DNA of 63,650 nucleotides, counting the filler, from Octopus bimaculoides (lineage: Eukaryota), in NCBI RefSeq assembly GCF_001194135.2. It is 6 parts of 6 records of this genome, joined end to end, with 100 filler letters (N's around TTAATTAATTAA, not from the genome) between each part and the next. Parts side by side here need not be neighbours in the genome. Positions count along the whole stretch, not along the records: positions 42,645 to 54,727 come from NC_068981.1; positions 54,828 to 62,167 come from NC_069005.1; positions 62,268 to 63,650 come from NW_026347782.1; 3 more parts are not named here. One strand, written 5' to 3'. The notes under the pieces are model-generated. The model was given only the letters and a program-made list of their open reading frames with translations. It was not told the origin of the DNA and did not search any database. Numbering within the stretch: position 1 is the stretch's first letter; every line of letters begins with the position of its first letter. Of the stretch, positions 52,788 to 63,650 are shown one piece after another. A program made the translations under genes and the position numbers.

Positions 52788-54659
52788 GACAGGCTGACAC
52801 TGAAGTGGCTTCGCGCCCTCCATTGTCAGTTAAAGTTCAGACAGTGTCATGTGACAACTTGCTGGNNNNNNNNNNNNNNNNNNNNNNNNNNNNNNNNNNN
52901 NNNNNNNNNNNNNNNNNNNNNNNNNNNNNNNNNNNNNNNNNNNNNNNNNNNNNNNNNNNNNNNNNNNNNNNNNNNNNNNNNNNNNNNNNNNNNNNNNNNN
53001 NNNNNNNNNNNNNNNNNNNNNNNNNNNNNNNNNNNNNNNNNNNNNNNNNNNNNNNNNNNNNNNNNNNNNNNNNNNNNNNNNNNNNNNNNNNNNNNNNNNN
53101 NNNNNNNNNNNNNNNNNNNNNNNNNNNNNNNNNNNNNNNNNNNNNNNNNNNNNNNNNNNNNNNNNNNNNNNNNNNNNNNNNNNNNNNNNNNNNNNNNNNN
53201 NNNNNNNNNNNNNNNNNNNNNNNNNNNNNNNNNNNNNNNNNNNNNNNNNNNNNNNNNNNNNNNNNNNNNNNNNNNNNNNAAAGTAATTCAACAACGCGGG
53301 TTGATGAACCGTAAGACGTGTGGCCAGAACCTCCTGGAAAATAACCATAGCGAGGGACATTCCACAGTTGAATTAGAACAGTCACAAACAGTGAAAGAAG
53401 ACATGTACCCAACACCAGAGCTGAAGACACCTCCGAAAGGAGGGGCCCCGCCACGTCAAAACGGTAGAGGAGTAGGGGCCGAAACCGGACGTGGTTCCTC
53501 CTGATGATGTCTTGAGCTAACTGGATCCTATAAAGGAGCTGTTGTGGTAGCAGACCACGAAACATGGTTGAAATTACTGCGTGTGTTTTTATTGACTAAA
53601 CTGGCAACATAACCATCCCCAAATACAACAATATCTGTTTCAACACAGGATTTCACATCAAGAATCTTGCAAAACAAATATATAAACGGATTTACATAGT
53701 GCTATAGGGAAACACACAGATTCAGACTACTTGCAATTAAGTCTACGTACAATAACGACCAGGAAAATTTTATTTATGAGACCAAATATCCCATTACATT
53801 AATAGGTTCGTACAGACCTTTTAACTTCTATAATTGAAATCTTTCTTCAGTTTAAAGTGACACAACTAATTACTAATAACATATTAAATAAGATTGCAGC
53901 CATTTTGTTCCGTGCATTTTACGTGTTTCTGATTAATTATATTTTAATTTCGTTGATATTTGTCCATAAATTGTATAATTGCTATAATCATTATCATTAT
54001 GTTTCCATTCCATTATCAATATTAACCTTTTTTATTATCGTTGCTATTGTTATTAGTATTACTGTCTTTATTATTCCGTGTTTCGAGAGAATTACTAAAT
54101 TTAATATACTCACGACAGAGAGGAACCGATTAGTTCTTTTTTAATAGTGTGTGGATGTATGTATATTTTACGTATATTTCAAAACTACGTGCATACATGT
54201 TACACACACATGTACCTAACGCGCAAACATAGACAATCACACATACACACATAGATACATGCATACATGCATATATACATGCATACATATATATGTGCGT
54301 GTGCGTGCGTGTGTCTGTGTGTACGTGTGTGTGTACACACGTGTTCTTTTGAGAATGTGTTGGTGTCACAGTAATTGGAATAATTACATTCATTTTAAAT
54401 TTAAAAAGAATATTTCATCGAGCAAAGTGCTAAATGAAACCGATAATGTAATAATAGTCTCTTTATAAATCTTCAATTTTAATCTTAAATTTTGAAGGGT
54501 GGGCAATAAATATATAGATTTACTGATAGATAAAGAGACTTGCCTCTCCAGATAGACAAAGGAACTTGCCTCCTGATAAAAGGTGGTGCAAGTCCTGAAA
54601 TTTTTTAAAACCAATAATTTTCATTATTGTCCTTTCTCTCTCGTTTTGTAAGTTTCTTC

Positions 54660-54716
<57 letters not shown>

Positions 54717-54848
54717 ATATATATATANNNNNNNNNNNNNNNNNNNNNNNNNNNNNNNNNNNNNNNNNNNNTTAATTAATTAANNNNNNNNNNNNNNNNN
54801 NNNNNNNNNNNNNNNNNNNNNNNNNNNATAATAATAATAATAATAATA

Positions 54849-55345
54849 AATGCCCTGATACAGTACCAGGCAGTAGCTCTCATGGCTTCTGATCTTAACT
54901 GATTGGAAGTGTTATCATGTACGTTGTTTTGTCTTGGTATAAAAGATGGGCTACAGCAAATATTCTGCTCAATACCACAGATTTGCTTGTCAGTTGTTTG
55001 AGCTTAACCAGTTGAGCATGTCCCTTAGTGGCTGATGATATGTGCATCTTTGAACACGAGCAGAAGTAGAGGGGGAGCATCATAGCCATGTGTTGAGAAG
55101 AATTCTTTGGGGTTTGGATAATACACCTCTGGAAACATGGGTCTTTCGTTCAACATCCTTAAACAACCCTTATTCAGGGACATTTTGAGTGGGATGGGCT
55201 ACTCGACCTGAAGAAAAATCCTAACTCAGACCCACCTGCAAGGTCATGCACTGTTTATCTTGATATGAGATCACCCTGTCGTGCACATATGGTTGTGATG
55301 CATGTGCCTGGTGTACTCTTATCAGATGGGTAGTCATTATGGATA
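54849..55345 (+). repeat. Family E repeat
   Basis: Homologous to 39590-40020. Preceded by (AAT)n. Confidence 0.8.
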
Positions 55346-55379
55346 TACTGTGTGTGTGTGTGTGTGCGTGCATGTCTTT

Positions 55380-55590
55380 GTGTCTGTTTCTGTCCCCAAC
55401 CACTGCTTGACAAACCGATGTTTGTGTGTTTACATCCCTATAACTTAACGGTTCTGCAAGAGAAACCGATAGCATGAATAACAGGCTTAAAAAAAAAAAA
55501 TGTACTGGAGTTAATTTATTTGATGACAAATTCCTCAAGATGGTGCACCAGCATGGCCACAGTCAAATGACTGAAACAAGTAAGAAAAAA
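55380..55590 (+). mobile_element. SINE-like family D
   Basis: gtgtttacatccctataacttaacgg...gatggtgcaccagcatggccacagtcaaatgactgaaac. Inverted homolog at 57370-57570. Confidence 0.7.
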
Positions 55591-55625
55591 AAACAGAAAA
55601 AAATGGACAGAGAAAATTGACCTAC

Positions 55626-55779
55626 CCGGGTGGTAGTGTTAGTGTCACAGAACGGGTAGCAGTGGTTCGTAGCATTAGTATCGGCTGACCAATGACCAGA
55701 CTCTTCCAAGAATATGGTTCGACAATGAGTTGACCAGGCTGAAGACTTGGAATTGAACCACTTTCTGGGTGACTGGAAT
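55626..55779 (-). CDS. ADGB: Androglobin internal exon (phase 1 to 2)
   Basis: ctcttag|...|gtaggt. SSHPESGSIPSLQPGQLIVEPYSWKSLVIGQPILMLRTTATRSVTLTLPPG matches recalled human ADGB PPIEPGLLTAETFSWKSL...TYATKATVVRLPVG. Confidence 0.9.
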
Positions 55780-56064
55780 CTAAGAGATTGGCAAAAGATT
55801 AGAGAAATTCATTTTGTGAAAGACCAGCAGTCTCCCTACTTCAAACCACAAACATTGTCCAAGGGAAAGGCAGAGAATGATACAGGCAACTGCCCAGTGG
55901 GTCCATGCTTTAAAACAGCGCTGTGCACAGCCCTTATACACACCAATATAGTCCACTGTATTGCCATCAAATACATTCTTACAGTCACTAAATAATCTCT
56001 GTTCAGACCCCACACAGATCTTATACAGATCTATATAGTCCCCACATAGTCACTATGTTGTTGT

Positions 56065-56397
56065 TGTTGTTGGCACTCCGTCGCTTACAACGTCGAGGGT
56101 TCCAGTTGATCCGATCAACGGAACAGCCTGCTCGTGAAATTAACGTGCAAGTGGCTGAGCACTCCACAGACACGTGTACCCTTAACGTAGTTCTCGGGGA
56201 TATTCAGCTTGACACAGAGTGTGACAAGGCTGACCCTTTGAATTACAGGCACAACAGAAACAGGAAGAAAGAGTGAGAGGAAGTTGTGGTGAAAGAGTAC
56301 AGCAGGGTTCGCCACCATCCCCTGCCGGAGCCTTGTGGAGCTTTAGGTGTTTTTGCTCAATAAACACTCACAACGCCTGGTCTGGGAATCAAAACCA
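56065..56397 (-). mobile_element. SINE family C
   Basis: Reverse complement of the family C body, with an extended 5' part. Confidence 0.8.
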
Positions 56398-56994
56398 NNN
56401 NNNNNNNNNNNNNNNNNNNNNNNNNNNNNNNNNNNNNNNNNNNNNNNNNNNNNNNNNNNNNNNNNNNNNNNNNNNNNNNNNNNNNNNNNNNNNNNNNNNN
56501 NNNNNNNNNNNNNNNNNNNNNNNNNNNNNNNNNNNNNNNNNNNNNNNNNNNNNNNNNNNNNNNNNNNNNNNNNNNNNNNNNNNNNNNNNNNNNNNNNNNN
56601 NNNNNNNNNNNNNNNNNNNNNNNNNNNNNNNNNNNNNNNNNNNNNNNNNNNNNNNNNNNNNNNNNNNNNNNNNNNNNNNNNNNNNNNNNNNNNNNNNNNN
56701 NNNNNNNNNNNNNNNNNNNNNNNNNNNNNNNNNNNNNNNNNNNNNNNNNNNNNNNNNNNNNNNNNNNNNNNNNNNNNNNNNNNNNNNNNNNNNNNNNNNN
56801 NNNNNNNNNNNNNNNNNNNNNNNNNNNNNNNNNNNNNNNNNNNNNNNNNNNNNNNNNNNNNNNNNNNNNNNNNNNNNNNNNNNNNNNNNNNNNNNNNNNN
56901 NNNNNNNNNNNNNNNNNNNNNNNNNNNNNNNNNNNNNNNNNNNNNNNNNNNNNNNNNNNNNNNNNNNNNNNNNNNNNNNNNNTCATCCCCAGTA

Positions 56995-57157
56995 TGCAAA
57001 GGGATGAAAGGTAAAGTCCAAAAGGATGAAAGGTAAAGTCCAAAAGGATGAAAGGTAAAGTCGACCTCGGTGGAATTTGAACTTAGAACATAAAGATAGA
57101 CGAAATACCAATAAGCATTTCGCCCGGCGTGCTAACGATTCTGCCAGCTCGCCTCCT
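56995..57157 (-). mobile_element. CORE-like SINE (family A) with an internal 22-bp triplication
   Basis: ggatgaaaggtaaagtc occurs three times, then the B box gaatttgaac. Confidence 0.8.
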
Positions 57158-57369
57158 TACATTGTAACAAATATTTTTTCATTTTCCATCTTGGATGATG
57201 TTTTTCAAAATGGGACACATGTCTTAACCAGTGGGTGAAGGCAATATTCTGGTGTCTATAATATATATGGCACTCTGTCAGTTACGACAATGAGGGTTCC
57301 AGTTGATCCAACCAATGGAACAGCCTGCTTGCGAAATTAATGTGCAAGTGGCTGAGCACTCCACAGATA

Positions 57370-57570
57370 TTCTTTTATTCTTTTTACTTGTTTCAGCCAT
57401 GTGACTGCGACTATGCTGGAGCACCACCTTCAGTTGAAGAAATCGACCCCAGGACTTATTCTTTGTAAGCCTAGTATTTATTCTATCGGTCTTTTTTACT
57501 GAACGGTCAAGTTACAGGGGATGCAAACACACCAGTATCGGCTGTCTAGCGATGGTGGGGGGGATAAACA
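57370..57570 (-). mobile_element. SINE-like family D
   Basis: Inverted homolog of 55380-55590. Confidence 0.7.
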
Positions 57571-57676
57571 CAGACACACAAATACATACATACGTACATA
57601 CATACGTACATACATACATACATACACATCAATTTGTCTCTTTTTTTTTTTCCAATTGTTTGACTCAAAAGGATAC

Positions 57677-57719
57677 ATAAATATTGTGTTGATTTCTCAT
57701 CTAAAAGAGCGGAATTCAT
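57677..57719 (-). CDS. ADGB: Candidate short androglobin exon (phase 0 to 1)
   Basis: Strong acceptor ttttttccag, weak donor gtatcc. MNSALLDEKSTQYL resembles ADGB EERVSYYL, and the phases fit the neighbouring exons. Confidence 0.5.
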
Positions 57720-58239
57720 CTGGAAAAAAACATGGTATGGAGAAGTGAAGTTGCAATGAGAAAATGTTTTATAACAATAATAATTACTGCAAGAATTCTT
57801 CTCAGGATTCTTGGAGCAACTGCAAGAATTCTTCGCAGGTCTCTTGAAGCGTGACCAGTAAACAAGTGTAACCTTAGTCTGATGGCTGTGGACAGCTGAC
57901 ACTTTCCAACATACCCAGCAAAATAAGCTGTGAGTTTTCATATAATAATAGTAAGAAGAAGAATGATTTCTCATTCTAGCACAAGGCCAGCAATTTCAGG
58001 GGAGAGGATAAGGACTCATCCCATGAAAGAAAGCTCCCAAGATCAATCTAGTTGATGGAGCATGATACCATTATGTCAAATGCGGTAACAGTGAATCACA
58101 ATCAAAAGAAATTGCAAATGCCATAGCTAAGAATAGCAAGGAAAGTCAAACTTCCACACATAGTTTTAGCAACCAAAGTAAAATTTAGTGATTAACTGGT
58201 ACCAAAATTTCGCTGGCATTTCAAAAGTGTTGCATGATA

Positions 58240-58486
58240 ACCCTTATTCAAGAACCTTTTGAGCGCGACGGGCTACTCAACCTGAAGAAAATTCTAACTG
58301 GGCCCCCACCTGCAAGGTCAAGTGCTGTTTGTCCTGATATGAGTTCACCATGTCATGCACATATGGTCGTGATGCATGTGCCTGGTGTACCCTTATCAGA
58401 CGAGTAGTCATGATGGGTATACTGGGATTTGTATATTTTAACCCCAGTGTCACTTTGATGGCAAGCATTGCTCTCTCACTCAATAG

Positions 58487-58490
<4 letters not shown>
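58240..58490 (+). repeat. Family E repeat, 3' part
   Basis: Ends gcattgctctctcactcaatagat(aat)n. Confidence 0.8.
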
Positions 58491-58532
<42 letters not shown>

Positions 58533-58543
58533 TAATAATAATA

Positions 58544-58599
<56 letters not shown>

Positions 58600-58602
<3 letters not shown>

Positions 58603-58953
58603 CACGAGCAGAAGTAGTGGGGGAGCATCATAGTCATGTGTTGAGAGGAACTCTTTGGGATTTGGATAATTCACCTTTGGAAATATGGGTATTTCATTCA
58701 ACATCCTCAAACAACCTTTATTCAAGGACCATTTGAGTAGGATGGGCTACTCGACCTGAAGAAAATTCTAACTGGGCCCCACTTGCAAGGTCATGCGCTG
58801 TTTATCTTGATATGAGACCACTATGGTGTGCACATATGGTTGTGATGCATGTACCTGGTGTACCCTTATCAGACGGGTAGTCATGATGGGTATACTGGGC
58901 TTCGTATATTTTACCCCAGTGTCACTTCGATGGCATGCACTGCTCTCTTACTC

Positions 58954-58965
<12 letters not shown>
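58600..58965 (+). repeat. Family E repeat between (GAT)n and (AAT)n
   Basis: Starts at gatcacgagcag within a (GAT)n tract and ends actc(aat)n. Confidence 0.8.
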
Positions 58966-58992
<27 letters not shown>

Positions 58993-59009
58993 GTCTAAAA
59001 TTGGGGGGA

Positions 59010-59185
59010 GGAGGATAGTCGATCACATTAACCCCAATATTCTACCGGTACTTAATTTATCGATCCCAAAAGGATGAAAGGCAAAGTTGACCTTGGTGGA
59101 ATTTGAACCCGGAATGTAGCGGCAGACGAAATACCGCTAAGCATTTCGTTCAGCGTGCTAACAATTCTGCCAGTTCGCCACCTTG
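59010..59185 (-). mobile_element. CORE-like SINE (family A)
   Basis: cgatcccaaaaggatgaaaggcaaagttgacc...gaatttgaaccc. Confidence 0.8.
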
Positions 59186-59197
59186 ATAATAATAATA

Positions 59198-59296
<99 letters not shown>

Positions 59297-59319
59297 GTAG
59301 TGGTAGTAGTGGTACTTAC

Positions 59320-59383
59320 CCTAATGTCAGACACTTTTATATTGTTCTGATACAGCATCGGTTTATGGTAATAGCAGAGATTA
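59320..59383 (-). CDS. ADGB: Androglobin internal exon (phase 2 to 0)
   Basis: ttttcag|...|gtaagt. NLCYYHKPMLYQNNIKVSDIR matches recalled ADGB NIYIFHKPSSYCLNFQKSEFK. Confidence 0.88.
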
Positions 59384-59552
59384 CTGAAAATAGATATCAG
59401 AGAGATTATGGAGACGATGAAGTGGTGGTACATATGAATGACATATCTTTGGTCTATGCGTAAGTGTGTGTGTGTGTATGTGTATAGTGTGTGCACGTAT
59501 GTATGTGTGTGTGTGTGTGTGCATATATATATATATGTATGTATGTATATAT

Positions 59553-59700
59553 ACAGGGTGTGTCAAAATGACCTGAGAGGCAAATATGCATGAGTTACTG
59601 CCAGTCTTCCATAAACAGTCCTGCTTGGACTTTTGCCTCGGAGGGGAACTTTCTCGGTGCAATCCTGTGGTCATTCATGAGCAAAGAGGGTCTTTACCCA
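59553..59700 (-). mobile_element. Tc1/mariner terminal fragment
   Basis: TA|CAGGGTGTGTCAAAATGACC terminus with a residual transposase C-terminal frame. Confidence 0.5.
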
Positions 59701-59955
59701 TTCTTTTTTACCATTATAAAAGATCATTCTTTATAATTACTATATAATTGAATGTTTTCCAGCAACAGCCATGTGTTGGAATATGATATTAAATCCTGTT
59801 ATATTTTTTTGAATTTTCTATATATTCGATGTATATTACTTTCCACCAACCAAATTATCAGATTCCATGTGGTTGGGAAGCAAACTTCTTACCACACAGC
59901 CATGCTTGTGCTTAACAGATTAAAAATAGATTTAAAAAGAATCTCATGGACTTAC

Positions 59956-60109
59956 TTGAAGGATTTGCAGAAGAGCTCAAAGTCGACCCAGGTTTTCTTA
60001 AATCCAGTATGTTCTAGGTTAGGGAGAGTTGCAACTAGGTCGAATTCACTTAATGGATGTCCATTCCTGTCAATGCCTTCTTTAGTAAGATTACTGTCTA
60101 TGCTGTTGT
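59956..60109 (-). CDS. ADGB: Androglobin internal exon (phase 1 to 2)
   Basis: cattttctag|...|gtaagt. DNSIDSNLTKEGIDRNGHPLSEFDLVATLPNLEHTGFKKTWVDFELFCKSF; the end matches recalled ADGB KEIWLDFEDFCVCF. Confidence 0.9.
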
Positions 60110-60635
60110 CTAGAAAATGAAACCAAAACAAAATAAAGGAAAAAAATGTTGCAGGAAGTTTCTCTCTCTCTTTTCTGCCTCTCACTCTCTCTCCTCTTTC
60201 CCTCCTCACTCTCTCCTCTTGCTCACCAAAGGTCTCAGTTGCTTGTCATTGCCTCCATGAGGCATTCAAAAACCATGCTTCACCACCTCATACTACGTCT
60301 TCCTGGGTCTACTCCACCGTTTGAGTGTGACACTTCTTCACACAGCTGTCCTCGTCCATACGCATCACGTGACCATACCAGCGCAGTTGTCTCCCTTGTA
60401 CACCACATCTGATGCCTCTTATGCCCAACTTTTCTCTCAGGATGCTTACACTGCCTTGAAGGTGAGGGGGGGGGGTGTTTAANNNNNNNNNNGGTGTTTA
60501 ACTAGTGTGCCTTTCAGGGTGATGCTCCAGCATGGCTACAGTCAAATGACCAAAACAAGTAAAAGACAAAAGGTGTGAAAAAGAAACAAAAATAACAAAA
60601 AAAAAAAAAAAAGAAAGAAAACATATGGCCCTCAC

Positions 60636-60789
60636 CCATGAGTGTATGGACGTTTGCATCCAAAGAGTCTTTCTTACTTCCTTTCTTCTTCTTATCGGAA
60701 TTGATGGAATGGTTAAATTTCTCACTACCGCTGGGTCTGGTCTGCCTTGGTTTATCGGAGTTGTTTGTCCCTAGCAGTTTTAATTTGAC
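60636..60789 (-). CDS. ADGB: Androglobin internal exon (phase 0 to 1), low-complexity linker
   Basis: aatgacag|...|gtgagg. VKLKLLGTNNSDKPRQTRPSGSEKFNHSINSDKKKKGSKKDSLDANVHTLM bridges the phases of both neighbours exactly. Confidence 0.8.
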
Positions 60790-60900
60790 CTGTCATTAGA
60801 GCAGAAGGTCAAAAATGAACATCAGTGGATCATAATTTATATCAATGTTAGACGGGGGAAGCTGTTTTTGTTGTTGTTGTCTTAGCAGTGCACACACATG

Positions 60901-60943
<43 letters not shown>

Positions 60944-60947
60944 TTAC

Positions 60948-61200
60948 TACAGTTCTATATTTAAGAGATGCGGAATTATGTACATTATTTACATTTATCC
61001 TCATCTTGTTTGTTGTTAACACAATGTTTCGGCTGATATACCCTCCAGCCTTCATCAGGGGTTTTGGGGGAAATTTTGAACCTGGGTTCTCATTCCTAAG
61101 GTATTTTTCGATGTTATTATTATTATTATTATTCAGGTCACTGCCTGGAATCGAACTTGGAATCTTGGGGTTAGTAACCCACGCTCTTAACCACTACGCC
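60948..61200 (-). mobile_element. Family F: tRNA head, (AAT)n, hammerhead-bearing body
   Basis: A box tagtggttaag, B box gttcgattcc, (aat)n, then ctgatga-a-ggctg-...-cagcc-gaaac. Confidence 0.8.
61019..61062 (-). ncRNA. Minimal type I hammerhead motif inside the family F SINE
   Basis: ACCC-CTGATGA-A-GGCTG-gagggtatat-CAGCC-GAAAC-AT-T-GTGT. Core and 5-bp stem II are intact; stems I and III each have one mismatch. Confidence 0.7.
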
Positions 61201-61634
61201 CACAGGCATCAGACAATTAACAAAGAATATTACCTGTGGGCAGTAAAGAACTGCCGACTCCACCATTACAATGCACCTGCTCATGCCACCCATGTCGTCC
61301 AAGCATTTGTTGTGAAGCAAAACACACCACTTGTTTGTCAGGCTTCCTACTTCCCAGACTTGATTCCGTGTGACTTTTGGCTATTCTCAAAGCTCAAAAA
61401 AACACACCCAAAGGGAGAAGATTTGAGTCTACAGGGGACATTAAACAAAATTCGACGGCACAGCTCTACAGCATCCCAAAAAGTGATTTCCAGAAATGTT
61501 TCCAGCAGCGGCAGGAACGCTGGCAGAAGTGTGTAGACTCCCAAGGCGAATACTTTGAATGAGACTAAATCAAAATAGTGACCTTTGTAATATTACTCGT
61601 TTTTTGGCCAAAGGTCAGATACTTTTTAACTACA

Positions 61635-61640
<6 letters not shown>
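61201..61640 (+). mobile_element. mariner transposase 3' fragment with TIR
   Basis: LHHYNAPAH...YFPDLIPCDFWLFSKLK (YSPDL-type motif), then KGRRFES...CVDSQGEYFE*. Terminus gatactttttaactacacctcg. Confidence 0.85.
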
Positions 61641-61669
<29 letters not shown>

Positions 61670-61687
61670 GTATGGCACTTTGCTTAC

Positions 61688-61865
61688 CTCAGTTTCATTG
61701 GCATCCAGCAGTGAACACGTGCCACTAATGTTCATTTCAGTCTCTGTACTCTCCTCCAAGGGTAAACTATCTTCATTCTCCTCCTCGATTTCTTTTATGG
61801 TGAGATTGTTCATAGTTCTCTGTTTTTTCTCTGGTTCCAAAATGTGACACTGCCTGGGTTTGGTA
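61688..61865 (-). CDS. ADGB: Androglobin internal exon (phase 2 to 0), acidic linker
   Basis: (ttc)n...gtccag|...|gtaagc. TKPRQCHILEPEKKQRTMNNLTIKEIEEENEDSLPLEESTETEMNISGTCSLLDANETE. Assigned by in-phase continuity with the three downstream exons. Confidence 0.75.
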
Positions 61866-62267
61866 CTGGACATGGTCGAAAGCAGGAAGAAGAAGAAGAA
61901 GAAGAAGAAGAAGAAGAAGAAGAAGAAGAAGAGGAAAAGGCTCAGGAGAAGCAGAATAAATACGAGGAATATGAATGAAATCCACAGCAAAATGTTTGTG
62001 GTGATACTCTGTGTTCCACGCAGCAGAGACCAGTGGATAGATTAAAACATATCACCATCATCATCATCATCACTACACCACCACCACTACTACCATCATT
62101 GTCCCTGTAAGTTTTGGATTTATATCCCCTACTATTATTATTATTATTATATATATATACCATTTTGNNNNNNNNNNNNNNNNNNNNNNNNNNNNNNNNN
62201 NNNNNNNNNNNTTAATTAATTAANNNNNNNNNNNNNNNNNNNNNNNNNNNNNNNNNNNNNNNNNNNN

Positions 62268-63650
62268 CATAAAAACATACATACATACATGCACACGTAC
62301 ACACATGCAAACATACATACATGCTTACATGCATTATCCATGCATACCTAGCTGCATACATGCATATATATATGGACAGACAATACACACATACATACAT
62401 GCATACATCCACACATTCAAACATACATGCATNNNNNNNNNNNNNNNNNNNNNNNNNNNNNNNNNNNNNNNNNNNNNNNNNNNNNNNNNNNNNNNNNNNN
62501 NNNNNNNNNNNNNNNNNNNNNNNNNNNNNNNNNNNNNNNNNNNNNNNNNNNNNNNNNNNNNNNNNNNNNNNNNNNNNNNNNNNNNNNNNNNNNNNNNNNN
62601 NNNNNNNNNNNCATAAAAGCATACGTGCATGCATGCAAACATACATACATGCATACCTGAATACCTACATACATACATGCATACATACATACATAATGCA
62701 TAATATATAAATATATAAATACATGCATAAACACATACACACATGCAAACATACATACATACTTACATGCATATATACATGCATACNNNNNNNNNNNNNN
62801 NNNNNNNNNNNNNNNNNNNNNNNNNNNNNNNNNNNNNNNNNNNNNNNNNNNNNNNNNNNNNNNNNNNNNNNNNNNNNNNNNNNNNNNNNNNNNNNNNNTA
62901 AATGCAAACATACATACATACATGCATACATGCATAAATACATACATGTATACATGCATAAATACATACATGTATACATGTATATATACATACATGCTTG
63001 CATGGTTACATACATGCATGCATGTATCCATGCATACATACATGCATAAATACGGACATACTTAAATACTCACATACATAAATACATATATACATGCATA
63101 CATATATAATACACAAGTAAATACATACATACGGAAATGCATGCATATATAAATACATAAAAATATATAGATACATCTTTACATATATACATAAATACAT
63201 ACACACATACATGCGTAAATACATACACACATACATGCGTAAATACATNNNNNNNNNNTGCGTAAATACATACACACATACATGCGTAAATACATACACA
63301 TATACATAAATACCTGCACACATGCAAACATACATGCAAACATATATATATATATATATATATATATNNNNNNNNNNTATATATATATATATATATATAT
63401 ATACATACATATATGAATGCATGCATACATACATGCACATATGCATATATGCACACATACATACATGCATATATGCATACACGCACAAATACAAACACAT
63501 ACATGCGCACATACATGCATACATGCATAAAAACACGTGCATGGATGCACACATACATGAAAACCTACATACATGTGTAGATACATGCATAAGTACCTGC
63601 ATACATACATGAATACATACATATATACATACATAAATACAAGCATACAT
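62268..63650. repeat. Degenerate (CATA/TGCA)n low-complexity field
   Basis: Continuous mosaic of catacatg and atacat units interrupted by gaps. Confidence 0.9.

Noticed and set aside
55626-60789. Three ADGB exons are each exactly 154 bp
   Set aside because: They have different phases and no sequence similarity, so this is treated as coincidence.

Overview
AT-rich, microsatellite-saturated animal genomic DNA with many assembly gaps. The SINE repertoire and (CA/TA/TATG/AAT)n load point to an octopus-type cephalopod genome (inference). Almost all ORFs in the supplied track are artefacts of simple repeats and N runs. The one well-supported gene is androglobin (ADGB) on the minus strand. Five exons with canonical AG/GT ends lie at 61688-61865, 60636-60789, 59956-60109, 59320-59383 and 55626-55779; the first four join in frame, and a weaker candidate exon at 57677-57719 supplies the phase needed to reach the fifth. 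Most of the rest is nested mobile DNA: R4/Dong-like RLE LINEs, Tx1/L1, Penelope-like, a HERO-like fragment, a Gypsy remnant with a Buster-type hAT inside its integrase, Tc1/mariner elements and at least five SINE-like families. Best leads: (1) a tRNA-headed SINE-like element that carries a Penelope-type minimal hammerhead ribozyme; (2) an R4/Dong-like family whose copies all sit in (CATA)n microsatellites, next to a second family in (AAT)n; (3) several further hammerhead motifs, one nearly intact; (4) a ~400-bp foldback and inverted SINEs bracketing an ADGB exon; (5) an orphan first-exon candidate at 23352-23521. Repeat boundaries are read by eye and are approximate unless exact motifs are quoted.
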